From Eledone cirrhosa (taxonomy: Eukaryota): 64,000 bases of DNA. Positions 12,028-24,318 of the stretch are shown in pieces. Made by a program: the position numbers and the translations under genes. The notes beneath the pieces are model-generated. The model made no database searches. It was not told the origin of the DNA and worked only from the letters and a program-made list of their open reading frames with translations. The stretch spans positions 201,996,001 through 202,060,000 of the forward strand of contig OZ024741.1 in the NCBI GenBank assembly GCA_964016885.1, read 5' to 3'. Every line of letters begins with the position of its first letter. The first letter of the stretch is position 1.

Positions 12028-12369
12028 TATGTTGGGGACACAACTGAATATCTTATAGATGCTTCATATTCAAGGTCACAAATAGTTGACTTCTGAGGAA
12101 TTACAATTTTATATAAAAATATAATTTTTTCTTTAATAATCCAAATTAAATATATAACAGCATAAAAGTATAACATTTTTGTCACACTGCTTGTGACCTG
12201 GGCATCCAATTTTGACTACGATATATGTAAAGTAAAGTTAACAGTTTTTGTGTGTTTTAAAATTGTTAAAATTACTCTTCCATGAAATAATTGCTTTAGT
12301 TTCACTTGCCAGAGTAGTACAAAACTGAAAAACATTTGTTGAAATGAATTAATCTGACAAGTAGAGCTT

Positions 12370-13070
12370 TTAAGCAAATGTCACATTTTTGATATTGATC
12401 TGTTCAAATAAGGCACTAATAGGAATTGAATTATTGCTATGTATTTCAGAACAGTCAACTATTTCTTGTAAAGAATCCATTTTCTTAGGGCAGAAATATT
12501 TGTCCACAAACCAATTGGAATTCTTTTCTTCAAAGTCAGCAGCATTCTTAATTGTGTTTGTCAAGGAGTTAAACTTACGATTGAGTTTGTTACCTTTCAA
12601 AAGAATAGCAAGCTCCTGATCCATACTTGTCCCATGGATATGTTGAATGAACAAATTCAACTCTTTCATAAGAGTGTAACACTTGATTGAAGGAAATTCA
12701 CTTCTGACGATGTTGTCTGGCATCTGAGGAAATTTAATTAGTATAAGTTTATTACTTGATTTAAGTTCACTGAGAAGAGATTTTGTCAAAAGAGCTGAGT
12801 TATCCTCTTTCAAAAAATTTATGTAATCTTGATTGTTTTTCCAAGCTTGTATTCTTTTGTAAAGTGCTTTTGAGAAAAAAAGTATTATAAAATCAGACTT
12901 TTGAATTTCTAATTTCAGTTTTAATTGATCTTCACTTTTCACTACACTAGAGGCTGCTTCTATTTTACATTTACTTTTGTTCACAAAAGATATAAACTGA
13001 TCAATGGCCTCACAGTGGCAAGAGTGGTCATCTGTATAAAATAGCAGTACTTTTTTCTCTTGGATTGGTC
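12370..13070 (-). CDS. IL-17 receptor-like gene, terminal coding exon (SEFIR domain)
   Basis: Acceptor tttttag|ga at 13072/13070. Reads (R)PIQEKKVLLFYTDDHSCHCEAIDQFISFVNKSKCKIE...EIQKSDFIILFFSKALY...TFA*. Matches SEFIR box 1 (KV++xY+xD..H) and the 'DF+I++xS' motif. Confidence 0.85.
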
Positions 13071-14307
13071 CTAAAAAATAAATTTAGATGATAATCAAAT
13101 ATCATTGATATACTGGAATTAACAAATCAAATATTTTAACTAGATATAAAATGAATAGAATTAACTACACAACTTAGTAATCCAGGAAGAATAAAATGCT
13201 GAACCAACTCTCATTAAACTTGAATTCAGAAAAGTGTGGCAGAAAATTGGATACCACAGAACATTGAGCCTAGTATTTGAGAAAGATGAGAGAAATATCT
13301 ATGTGGTTACTTGATTTGCTAACTACTAGCAGTTGAATCTCTCTCAAATCACACCATACTCTTTTGAATAAGAAAAACACACATTAGATAATGTAGTCCT
13401 ACACCTTCCAATAAAGCAGGATGATCATGGCTGGAATTCCTTTTTGATCATGTCTACTCCATCAGAGTCAACTTAGAGTTAAATACCAACAACAACGAGT
13501 AGTCTATTGCTTCATCCCCCACCAACCTTTAAAGGTCAAATAAATTGTTTTGTGCATGTGTCACTGCAAGTGATTTATTTGCTAAATCTATATCACAGAC
13601 CTACTTTACCAAAACAAGTAGGATCATCTCATATGAAATATGAAACCTACTAACATTAGTTATGCAGCTCAAAGAGACATTTCAGACTTCTTTATTCTAT
13701 GAAAGTATTTGTTGTTTTCCTCTTTTGTGACTTAAATTATTTTTTATCTATTTCTTTATAAATATGAAAGCTCAATGCCTCACACTTCAAATTTATTTCC
13801 TTTTAACTAATGCAGAATTGGTAATAGATAACTCTAAGAGAAAAAAATGCAGCCATTACTTGCAATCGAGTATGACTTGGTAGCATGCAAAGGGATTTAG
13901 GTGCCCATGCTGTTGTGAGCAGACACCCTGTCAACCCCACTCCCTTGGTCAAGTGGAGAATCCATGATGTGACAGCTAGGAGAGAGGGCTACACCTGCAC
14001 TGGGGTGGTACTTTATTCATCTCTGAAAGATGAAAAGCTAAATGGACCTCAGCAGGATTTAAATTCAGAACACAGAGAGCCAGAACAAACATTCAACACT
14101 CTAATGACTCTGCCAGAACATATCCTTGTAAAACTAAGTTATTGGTCTTAATTTAAGTAGCCCTATCCCTTATAAAATATCTTGTGCATGGCAAATAAAA
14201 TTATTTCAAATTATATACAATTGTGTTCAAATAGTAAGATTTTAAATATGATCTTGAAAACTAACATGGCTACTCTTAATATGATACCAGTGGTATATTG
14301 TCTAGAT

Positions 14308-14460
14308 CAGGCATGAGCAACCTTTTCAAACAGTGGGCTACATCAGATGTGGCTCATCATAAGGCAGGCCACACTAGTAAAAAAAAAATTCAAAGTATTG
14401 AAAAACACATCCTTTTGCTTGTGCTGGATGCACAAGCAAAAGGATGTGTTTTTCCTGCCG
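14308..14460 (+). mobile_element. hAT(Charlie)-like terminal fragment containing a perfect 23-bp-stem hairpin
   Basis: gtctagat|caggcatgagcaacc resembles a Charlie target site plus TIR. Hairpin aaaacacatccttttgcttgtgc-tggat-gcacaagcaaaaggatgtgtttt. Confidence 0.45.
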
Positions 14461-14571
14461 GCAGCATATCATAACAACAAATGCATGAATTACATCTTGA
14501 TTACATGGGAGAACCGTTGAAATAATTATAATGAATAAACGATTTATGTAACATCAGCATCTTTATTAATG

Positions 14572-14738
14572 TTGTCGGACGCCATGCTTTGCAACAAAGA
14601 GTTACGGCCCTTTATGGTCTGATTTCAAATCCTGCCGAGGTTAACTTTGCCTTTCATCCTTACGGGGTCGATAAAATAAAGTACCAGTAATACACTGGGA
14701 TAATTGCTGGCCTTGTGCCACAAGTAGAAACAATTATT
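14572..14738 (+). mobile_element. Meta-like SINE (family 2), 5'-truncated
   Basis: ctttgcctttcatccttacggggtcgataaaataaagtaccag...gtagaaacaatt. Confidence 0.85.
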
Positions 14739-14826
14739 ATACTGAATCTCCATTGTAACTACAAACTAGGAATGTTGAGAGCTTTCTCCTGCTTGCTCCT
14801 GTTTTTACCAAAACAATCTCTTTGGA

Positions 14827-14858
<32 letters not shown>

Positions 14859-14948
14859 TGTAGTACAAACTTGGTATAAATGTCCAAGGGTTTAGAACAC
14901 TTAATCTGTGGAATGAGTTATGTATAATCAGTTACAACAGTGGCATTA

Positions 14949-14998
14949 CACAGATACTTAAGTTTCGTTGGGTTTAATACCAACTCATTCAGTCTGTA
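14949..14998 (-). ncRNA. Type I minimal hammerhead motif (CUGAAUGA core variant)
   Basis: Reverse complement reads tacaga CTGAATGA gttgg-tattaaac-ccaac GAAA c-ttaa-g TA tctgtg. Confidence 0.75.
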
Positions 14999-15042
14999 AT
15001 ATTGTGATGGAGTTACTTTCAGAAGTAACTCCATCACAATAT

Positions 15043-15092
15043 TGCAAACTGAATGAGTTGGTATTAAACCCAACGAAACTTAAGTATCTGTG
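15043..15092 (+). ncRNA. Mirror-image hammerhead motif with weakened stem I
   Basis: tgcaaa CTGAATGA gttgg-tattaaac-ccaac GAAA c-ttaa-g TA tctgtg. Confidence 0.6.
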
Positions 15093-15472
15093 TAATGCCA
15101 CTGTTGTAACTATTTATATACTTGGTAAGCACTCTTTGTTCCTTAAAAGTTCATTCCATACTTCATTGAGTGTGTAATGTGTGCAAATGAGATTATAGTT
15201 GATATTATAACCTCGTCAATATATATATATATCATCAAATAATAGATATTTTAAGATCTGTTTGTCACGAGGTCATTGCATAAAAATATGAACACACATT
15301 TGGCAGTATTATATGAGCTAGAGATTCAGTCAGAATATAGTAGATTGGTGTAGCATGTCATTATTTAGAGTAACATGTTAGTTATAGCATTTAATGTAGT
15401 ATAAAATATTATCATTTATGCAGTGTTGCTGTGTGTGTCATTTAGTGTAGATACATATCATTCAGTGCATGA

Positions 15473-15800
15473 AGATGCATGGCTTAGTGGGCGCATGACA
15501 TCGGGCTGGCAATCATGAGGTTCTGAGTTTAATTCCTGGACTGGGTGATCCTTGAGCAAGACATTTTATTTCACGTTGCACCAGTTTACACAGCTGTAGA
15601 AATGAGTTGCAACATCACTGGTGCCTAGCTCTATCGGCCATTTCCTTGCCCTTGGACAACATTGGTGGCATGACAAGGGGAGACAAGTATGCATAAGTGA
15701 CTGCTGGTGTTCCATAAACAACCTTGCCCAGACTTGTGCCTGAGAGGGGAATTTTCTAAGTGCAAATCTCATGGCCATTCATGACTGTAGGGTGTTTTCT
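15473..15800 (+). mobile_element. tRNA-derived CORE-like SINE (family 1, alternative tail)
   Basis: catggcttagtgg A box; ccttgagcaagaca core; body shared with 31503-31845. Confidence 0.75.
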
Positions 15801-15812
15801 TCTTACTATATG

Positions 15813-15952
15813 TCATTTAGTGCAGTGTTACTGCATGTCATTTACTGCAGTGTTACTACATACCATTTAGTGCAATGTTGCCCCATGACATTTTGTGCAG
15901 TGTTGCCACATGACATTTAGTGCAGTGTTGGTACATGTCGTTTAGTGCAGTA
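15813..15952. repeat. Degenerate ~25-bp tandem repeat (~6 copies)
   Basis: catttagtgcagtgttactgcatgt-like units. Confidence 0.7.
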
Positions 15953-17776
15953 TAATTCAATGTAATATTATAGCTAATATAAATGTGACAGCACCCTACA
16001 TGAAGCGGTCATGGAAAAAACTGGGTTGAGTAATCTGTAAGATGCTTGGCTACATGCTATACATGTCTACATAAAGACCAATGAGAGTCTACTGAGTGGA
16101 AGACAGAAGTGGGAGTGTAGGAGGTAAGGCAGACATTGTTGAGGTCTGAGGAAGAGGACCTGGCAGACATGGAGATGGCTTGAGAGTAGGCTCATGACAG
16201 AGATTGTAGCTGTGCTAGGTGGTGATCTCCCATCAACTAATGCTTCAAAGCAAGGAAGTAAAAAGATCTAAAGAAGTGAGAGTAGTCAGTCAGATTGTGT
16301 TTGCTATACATCAGTCAATGTAGCCAATCACAAGTCAGTGAATAAGACAACCATACCATAACATGTTGCTGTTGTTTAGCACTACCTAGTCAATCTTTAT
16401 CAATGGCAGAGTTGTTAAAACATTAGTTAGAATGCTTTGCTGTATTTTTTCCAACTCTCTGCAATCTGGTTTCAAATCACACCAAGGTCAATTTTGTCTT
16501 TCATCCATTTGAGGTTGATAAAAATGTACCAGTCCAGTATTCTTCTATATCTCTTTCTCGGTTCCTTTCTCTGGCCTTCTCTGGACGAAATTGGCTGTGT
16601 TTAGACCTAGAAAGGGATGGGCTCCACCAAGTTTAAAATGCCCAAGACACTGTACATCACTACAGGGCCCTTACAACATCAGGGTTGTACATACATACAA
16701 TCCTAATCATGTAGACCTATGATCAAAGGCATTCCTGCCATGATAATTTCAACATTTTTCAGGTATAGTGTATCTTGGGCAACAATATCCAATGTGACAT
16801 TTCTTATGATGGTAAGGTATAATTGAAGACAAAATTGGGTGCTTTTTCTAGAAGGCTGAGCGACCCCACAAAGACACCTTTGGTTTTCAGTATATCATGT
16901 TAATTACAGTAGTGCATGTCAATCAGTAAAATCAATGTGTCAGTTGTTCAGTTAAGTATAGCATAGTGTGTACTAATTGGTGATTAATTGTAGTGTCGGT
17001 GTGTCAGTTTGTATCCAATTGCAAAATCTTTTCTATTTGCTATTTCTTAAATATAAATTAAAGTTAAATAAACCTCATTTCAGTGAAATACACTTAGCGG
17101 TTTGTATTTTCCCCCAGACTGGGTTTATAGTAATATCTGCCGAAAACCACCTCTGTTTCTAAGAAACAAAACTACCTATTTTAAAGGGTTCCTTTTTAAA
17201 TTAAAACCTTTCAAAATAGTTCTATATAAAAACATTTTCTTATATTATAAATACCATCTTAATGAAATTATAGTTTTAGTAAATATTCCCCAAATTCTTC
17301 ATTAATTACTTAAAATACAGATTGATTAATTAGGAATATGGTAATGAAAGGGTTAATCCCTAACCTAGCTCAGGAATACCACCCGAAGAAGACTGCAGAT
17401 TATACCAATAGAAACATTGTCTCACCAACATATACAAGATGAGGGAAATAGTCACCCCACCCCACCCAAAAAACATATTTAATGAATTTCTGTTTATGAA
17501 CAATATTAACAATTTCCTTCATCAAACACACTAAAATGTATCCACAAAGTTACAGCCCATATATATATCCACATATCAGCTCCCTACAAAGGTGATATAA
17601 GCTGAGTAGATAATGCATTTCATTAATTCAGTTTATAAATCTTGAATACATATTAAGTGCTGATATTTTGCCATATATCTTGTCAAAATACATATCTCAT
17701 TGTTTTAGTTTTTCAAACATTTACATATAATTTTGGTGATCCTACTTCCCCAGGTAATTGAACATTGTATACTTAC

Positions 17777-17944
17777 GTTTGAAACAGTAAAAACTGAGAC
17801 CCAATAGTAGCAAACCAACCATAGCTCCAATAACAGCTAGATAAATGGTCAATGTTGATGAGTTCGGGGGTGGTGTTGCAGTATTAGTAACAGAAATATC
17901 ACTCACAGTTCTAGTCACTGAAGTTGTACAGGGTGCACCAATGA
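17777..17944 (-). CDS. IL-17 receptor-like gene, stalk + transmembrane exon
   Basis: ttttacag|tc ... aaac|gtaagt; 168 nt, phase 1-1. (I)IGAPCTTSVTRTVSDISVTNTATPPPNSSTLTIYLAVIGAMVGLLLLGLSFYCFK. Confidence 0.87.
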
Positions 17945-18990
17945 CTGTAAAATAAGACATATATCCAAAATAAAATATATTTTGCCACATGGTTTCATCA
18001 CATATTCAAATTAGCAGTCAGTTTGATTTCCTTGTTGATCTGTCTCAATTAATTATTAATCTTGATTGTTTTCCCCACACCAATCAACATGAACAACACA
18101 TCAAGCAGTACAACACCCCAACAACAGCTAACACTATCTGCTAAACAGTTATGGTCAATTTAGTTAAATACATGTCAGTTTCAATTCATTAGAAGAGAAT
18201 GCTAACTGAAAACAAAATGCAATGCTCCAGTTATTTCAGTGTATAAAAGTATTCTGTTTGCACAATATAGGAGATATATGTTGCAATTTCATTTTAGATT
18301 AATGTTAGTAGATGGTTTGAGGTTTACGATGGATAAATTTAATCAGACTGTAATAATGATCAGAACACATTATAAATGTGCTAGGATTCTAAATGCATTG
18401 CTTTATGTGGTTTATAATTTTTGTGATTGTGAACCTGGGCTGCTGTGTTTAGTTTTATGTAAAGCCTGTAGATTATTGTTGTGATTACCATACTTTGGTT
18501 CCATTTCACTGATAGCAGACAATGTTTATTGGGTTTTCTTTTCAATGTGAGAAAATAATCTTCCAACTAACTGCTGTTAACCCTATACAAGTTCACTGTA
18601 CACTAAAGTACTGTTCCCACATTTGGGACAGTGTTTTCATTCTTACAGATACACATATATTGAAGACTGTATAAAATAAAAAATATAAATAGTTACTTCA
18701 TATTCTAACTCACCAGCCACTTCCCTTTCTTGTAGTCTTTTCTTTTTCTACTGCTGCTATCTATTTTTCCACCCTCATTTTCTTTCCTTATTCTTACTCT
18801 GTCATATTTCCTAGACCTTCACTAAGCACTTTGCTCAATACCTCCATCGTCACACAACCTCATTACTAATAAAACTCCCATTTCACCAATATTTTCTCCC
18901 TCAACTGCCATTGTTGCTTTAAAATGTGTTCAAAATATACAATAGTCTATACTTTCATAATGGTTTATGAATTGCTTTAGTTTCACTTAC

Positions 18991-19093
18991 TTGTAAAATT
19001 TTTAGTTTTGGATCGAAAACACCGCCTGCCACATTTGCCTTGCAGGTCCCGACATATACAATTAGTAAAGGGATCTTTCTCATATATTTCAAC
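18991..19093 (-). CDS. IL-17 receptor-like gene, Cys-rich ectodomain exon
   Basis: tttttaaag|gtt ... acaa|gtaagt; 103 nt, phase 0-1. VEIYEKDPFTNCICRDLQGKCGRRCFRSKTKNFT. Confidence 0.85.
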
Positions 19094-19514
19094 CTTTAAA
19101 AAGGAAAAAAATTGAATTTTAAACATATCTACTGAATAACTTTTTCAATAAACCAGAAGAAAAAAAAAAGAAAAAAAGAAAGAGGGAGATTAAATGCTTC
19201 CATCTTATTTGATACTATGTATCCTTTCAAACAACTACCCCAACTGTAAGTATTCTTTCATTTCAGCTTGTCCAGCAGAATAAAATGTAGTTTATGTTGG
19301 TGTCACACATCAAAAGCTTTGATCAAACACAGATTTGTTTGTTATTTAACTGTGAATGAAATGAATTTAATCTAAAGAATTCAGAGCAAACAAACCTTTT
19401 CACCTATATATTTGGTGGTAATCAAGCATATCTAGTGATTTTAAGATAAAAACAACTTGTTTCTGTATATACATGTAAATGTGTGTGTGTGTGTGCGTGC
19501 ATATATATATAGGC

Positions 19515-20453
19515 TCACACAATGTGGTCTCGTATTGAGAAGGGTTCATTACATGGAGTGCCCAGCTCTGAAACTGTGATGCCACTAGTTCCAGATTCAC
19601 GCAATGAACCCTTCTCAATATGCTTTAGATATATCATCATCATCATCATCATCACCGTTTAATATCTAAAGCATATTGAGAAGGGTTCATTGATGGAGAG
19701 TATCTGTCTCCGAAATTGGGGTGTCAATATAAAAAGTGTTCAGTGTGGCCAACTGGCTTGTCCTTCCTCATAGTGCTGTCATCCAGTGCCGAGTTCCAAA
19801 ATTGTAGCTCTGCTGTGAGAAGGGTCCAGTGCAGCCAACTGGCCTGTCCCTCCTCATAGGGGAGTCGCATGTGGTTTTGTATTGAGAAGGGTTTGTTTCA
19901 TGGAGAGTGCACAGCTCCGAAACTAGGATGCCACTATGAGAAGGGCTCGGCCTGGGCAACTGGCCTGTCCCTTCTTATTGTGGTGTCACTGGTCCCTCCA
20001 CATAATAGTGTCATCCAACACAAGACTCCCAAACTGTGGTTCTGCACCTGTCCCTCCTCATAGTGGTGTTATTTAGTACTGGGTCCCAAAACTGTGGTAA
20101 CATTGTGTGATGTGTTTGACACAGCCGACTGGCTGTCCCTCCTCATAGTGGTGCCATAGTAGTACCATAGCAGCTTCCAAAAGTATGGTTCTACTGCGAG
20201 ATGGGTCAGGCTTTGAAAATATAGTTCCATTGTGAGACGGGTTCAGCATGGCAAAATGGCCTGTCCCTCCTCATAATGAAGCCATCCAGTTTCACACTGT
20301 AAAATACCCAGCCAAATTTACAGTCCTTGCCAGAGCAAGGTGCGACATGGCCAACTCTGACCAGACTTGCCTCCCGGCATGGACAAGCCATCTAGCCTCA
20401 CCCATGCAAGCATGGAAAAATAGATATTAAACGGTGATGATGATGATGATGAT
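19515..20453 (+). mobile_element. Non-autonomous element: ~80-90-bp VNTR array + RTE-type 3' end and (GAT)n tail
   Basis: Repeated gagaagggt...caactggcctgtccctcctcatagtggtgccatccag units followed by cccatgcaagcatggaa...taaacggtgatgatg. Confidence 0.75.
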
Positions 20454-20499
20454 ATATCTAAAGCATTATGAGATAGGTTTCTCCCTATGAACAAAAGAT

Positions 20500-20900
20500 C
20501 ATCTGTATAAGACTTGTGTGCGAAATGTCATGCAGGAGAGAAATGAGGCAAGCATGCTTCAAAGGATATGCAATATAAATGTTATATGAATGACAAAACA
20601 TAGATGAAGTGAAGGAGAAATTGGGTATACAGGGAATCAGAAGTAGTGTGCAGGAGAGGAGATTGCATTGGTATAGACATGTTATGTGGAAGAATGGTGA
20701 TCGTTGGGTGAAAAAATGCTAAATAATCCCACTGGAGGAAGACCAAGGAAGACTTGGATGGAAGTGATCAAAGCTGATCTCAGATCGTTACAGTTCATGG
20801 AGGAGATGACAAAAGAATGCAACAAGTGGAGAGATGTTGTACTGAGAAGGACCCATTCAACCCATTCAAACATGGAACAACAGTCATAAAATGATGTAAT
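20500..20900 (+). mobile_element. Degraded RTE 3' fragment
   Basis: ERNEASML, GRPRKTWMEVIKADL. Confidence 0.75.
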
Positions 20901-21249
20901 TAAGAATGTATTGGGAAAGCCAGTAAAATGCAAATAGGAATCATAATGATGGAACTAGAGTACATTAAAGAATGACTAAACAATAGTTTTTACCCTGGTG
21001 GGTGGTAAGAAATTCACAGGAGAGCTGAACAGCAGAAGATCTTCAGAGAAGAAAACCCCCTCAAACAAGAGTTTCAGCCCTTAACTTCTTACACTATGGG
21101 GTCGGCCCACATCCATATGTTGGAGACTTGTGTACCAAATGAAGATTGTTGACAAGATCTAGCTGGAACTCCTCTCAAACTTTAAATATAAGTTTGAAAG
21201 CAGAGGCAACGAAGCATCTTGTTCCTATGAGCTAGTCTTTGTTGTATGA

Positions 21250-22032
21250 TTAACTGTTGGTGGAAAGGTGATATGTGCAGACTAGTCACAAGCGACTGTC
21301 AGCTCCATGTAGCTCAGATTTGTTATTAATACAAGGCCCTTCTTAACAGTCTTTCGTTATCTTCATTTCATTGTGAGGTTCAGCTTCTTAAGGTCAGTCT
21401 TCCATGTGCTGTTCCCTGTATTCCTGGGGGGGGGGGCGGTCCACGATCCCCATCCCTTTCAGTTGGTCTACATGGATTAGGCCCTCACTCTCCCATGTTT
21501 TCTATTCATTCATCAGTCCCTCTTAATAGAACTTCTAGTCTTAAGGAGCTGAATATACTGTACAAAAATGTTGAATCTATTCTAAGAATTTGATAGAGCT
21601 TGTTTCCTATGAGCACTTTCTCACAGGACCGTTTCCCTGAAGGATCAGGGCCTTGTATTCTTTTCTACTTCCAAGAACTTTAAACTTTGACACATTGATT
21701 AAGATCTTTCAATACAAAGTTTTGCTTCCCGATTAGGAATTTTTTTCTAGTTCTGCCATAGATTCAGCTCGGCAGCATACAAGAGTTCCCAATGGCATCC
21801 TGTTTTAAACTCTTCTGTTATAGCCTGGAGAACTATAATAAACAGGAGATGGCTAAGGACAGAACCCTGGTGTACCCCAACTTGCATAGTAAACTATAGT
21901 CATTATTAATTTTAACCTTGCTGACTGCAGCACTGTGCATGGCTTGTACTGCCCTCACAAGCCACTCATATACCCCTAGTTTCCTAAGTGCCCACCAGAT
22001 TACAGAACAAGCCCCTGTCAAAAGCTTTCTTC
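21250..22032 (-). mobile_element. Degraded, internally deleted RTE fragment (RT core)
   Basis: [22 protein letters not shown]; GCHWELLYA; remnant 3' end near 21330-21450. Confidence 0.75.
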
Positions 22033-22099
22033 AAGACACACACACACACACACATCTATATATATATACATCTGTGTGTGTGTATATATATACATACAT

Positions 22100-24110
22100 C
22101 TGTGTGTGTGTGTGTGTGTTATACTTTGGGAAAGTCATGCTGCCAATAAAAACATGCACCTTCAACTCATTATAAATTTCCCTTTAGGTGGTTGGTTGGT
22201 TGGTTTGTTCGATAACCGGATGGTTGTTTGTATATTGTCAAAGTTCTTTCTTCACACATTATGTGACCTCTTCAGTACTGGTTTTTATTTTGTGACTCCC
22301 CTTCATTCTGTCCCACACCATCTTGTTTTTGTGTGTTGTGTGCTTAGTTTGCGCATGCGTTACATCTGTGCGTGTGTGTGTGTGTTTTTATTTATTTATT
22401 TATGTGTTTATTTACTTGTCACTAGTTGGTTGTTTGTTCTATCTGTGTGTGTGTCTGATTTGTTTTGTTAGTTTGGTTTTTTTGTGTCTGTATGTCTTCA
22501 TTTTGTCCTTAATTAGTAGTTGTGATGTTGCTATTCCACTCATGTTTTCTGTTCAATTTTGGTTGGAGTTTGTTTATGTTTGTCGCCTCTGTAATTTGTC
22601 AGAGCATTGCGTCTTTTCTGTGTGTGGATATAATTTTTATTTCTATGTTTTTCAGTGTGCCCCTATGTTCCATTTTGGCATGTTGGTGGAGTACTTATGA
22701 GTTTTTCCCATCTTGGAATTCTCACCAGTGTTCATTTATCCCCTATGCTACGAGCTGTTTCACCTATGTATGTTGTGTTCTTATTCCTACACTATCCCTC
22801 AGTACATCTTATGCTATATACTACATTCCTAGTTTTGCAGTTAGTTTGTGGGCTCAACTTGCAGACTATGCATTTCCTATCAGTGCAGGGAGTTCTTTGA
22901 AATCGATATGTTTTACTCCCAATCCACTATCCCTATTCTATCCTCTCACTAACACCACCCTCTCTCTGTAAAGTTGGTACCACAACATCCAGTCCAAATA
23001 AATGAGATAATGAGATCGAGATCGTGTAGGTGTCACGACAAAAAAACACAGTCCACGCTGTAATGTGGCCATGTAGATAACACAGTAAAAAGTTCCCAGT
23101 TCCACACTGTAAATGTGGTTGGTGTTAGGAAGGGCATCCAGCCATAGAAAACCTGCCAGATAGTCCTATATGAGCGAGACACGGTCACCCAATCAACCTT
23201 GCCTCAAGTGGGACAACTCCCGTCTAACCCATGCTAGCGTGGAAGATGGACGTTAAACGAAGATGATGATGATGATGAATTAGGGTTTTTATGGGAATAC
23301 CTGGTCCTTCAACTATCTTAATATTTAACTTGAGCTTGTCTAGGGCCCTTCTAAATCTGTAAGCTAGTTCGCCCCTAGGGGTTGTATTGACGAACATTAC
23401 ACTCTGGTATTTATTGCTATTGTAGCATGAGTTGATTTTATTTGCCTTATTCCTAATCCTTTCTATTCTGTTCCAAAATTTGCTCCTATACATGGGACAA
23501 GTCCCATTTGCATCATTTTCTACAATCTTTGCCCATTTGGTCCTTTATATACCCTGTTCTTGTCTCTCTGATTGTAGCCAGAGAACTGCATGTGGTGGAT
23601 GAAGTGTTGTATGTGTCTCTCTAATTCTTTAGGGTTGCACATGCGGGACACGTTCCTCATCACTCTTACTAAGTCCGCAATCAGTATATTGATTTTTATG
23701 TGATCCAAAACAGCTGAGTTTCAGTGGATCAGGTACTTGGAGGTCATGGGTTTGGCATAATGTGAATGGAGGATTTGCATTCTATTACTAATAGTTTCCA
23801 ACCAGAGTTCTGTATCTAATACAAGTAATCTATGGTTGTGGTGTTTATAGGTAGTCTATAGTAACTTTAATACTGTGGTGGATGGAGTTAGCTATTTGCT
23901 GGATACTTTCCATGGTGTTCTTCTCTAATTCCTGACTGTTCTCCTGTGGGATGTTTTTATTACAATGTTTATGTCATCTATGTAACAGGAGTATATAGTC
24001 AGGTTATAAAATTGTTGTTAAGCGTTTCTTAAATCTTCTGTCCCACCATACCATAAAGAGGTTAGCTATGCTAACACCAATGGCTGACCCCTTCCTCTTG
24101 TGCATATGTT
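22100..24110 (-). mobile_element. Penelope-like element remnant (RT C-half + GIY-YIG endonuclease + pLTR), interrupted by an RTE 3' UTR
   Basis: GVSIANLFMVWWD...CYIDDINIV (RT); KINILIADLVRVMRN...MQFSGY; QSVMFVNTTPRGELA...IKIVE. After the insertion: CIVC...NCKTRNVVYSIRC...TYIGETARS...QITEA...LNRKHEW (GIY-YIG). Degenerate CTGAAGA...GAAA at about 22230-22280. Confidence 0.85.
22970..23279 (+). mobile_element. RTE 3' UTR-only insertion with (GAT)n tail
   Basis: gagatcgtgtaggtgtcacgacaaaaaa...ggtgttaggaagggcatccag...gttaaacgaagatgatg. Confidence 0.85.
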
Positions 24111-24318
24111 TTCCCATTGTATGTGTGTGTGTGTGTGGGGGGTATGCGTGTGTGTGTGTCTAAGTTTATTGTTCAGTATGGAGATGAAAAAGTTTTCCCC
24201 AAATTTGGATGTGGCTATGTTAACTATTGCGATTTATCTTTTAGCAAATTGAAATTGATTTTATATTTGAAATCTTCAGTAAGTAAAGAGAGATTATGGG
24301 TTAAGCTTTATATGGCAA

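Larger units (their letters stand above)
14930..15111. repeat. Near-perfect 182-bp palindrome carrying two divergent hammerhead motifs
   Basis: agttacaacagtggcattacacagatacttaagtttcg... is mirrored by ...cgaaacttaagtatctgtgtaatgccactgttgtaact; centre near 15020. Confidence 0.95.

Noticed and set aside
17380-17425. CCGAAGA...GAAAcattgTC hammerhead-like string
   Set aside because: Stems I and II do not pair.
18490-18666. Candidate extra receptor exon with a good acceptor (also 17176-17221 and 63123-63200)
   Set aside because: In-frame stops in the required phase or no convincing donor; the flanking exons already join in phase.
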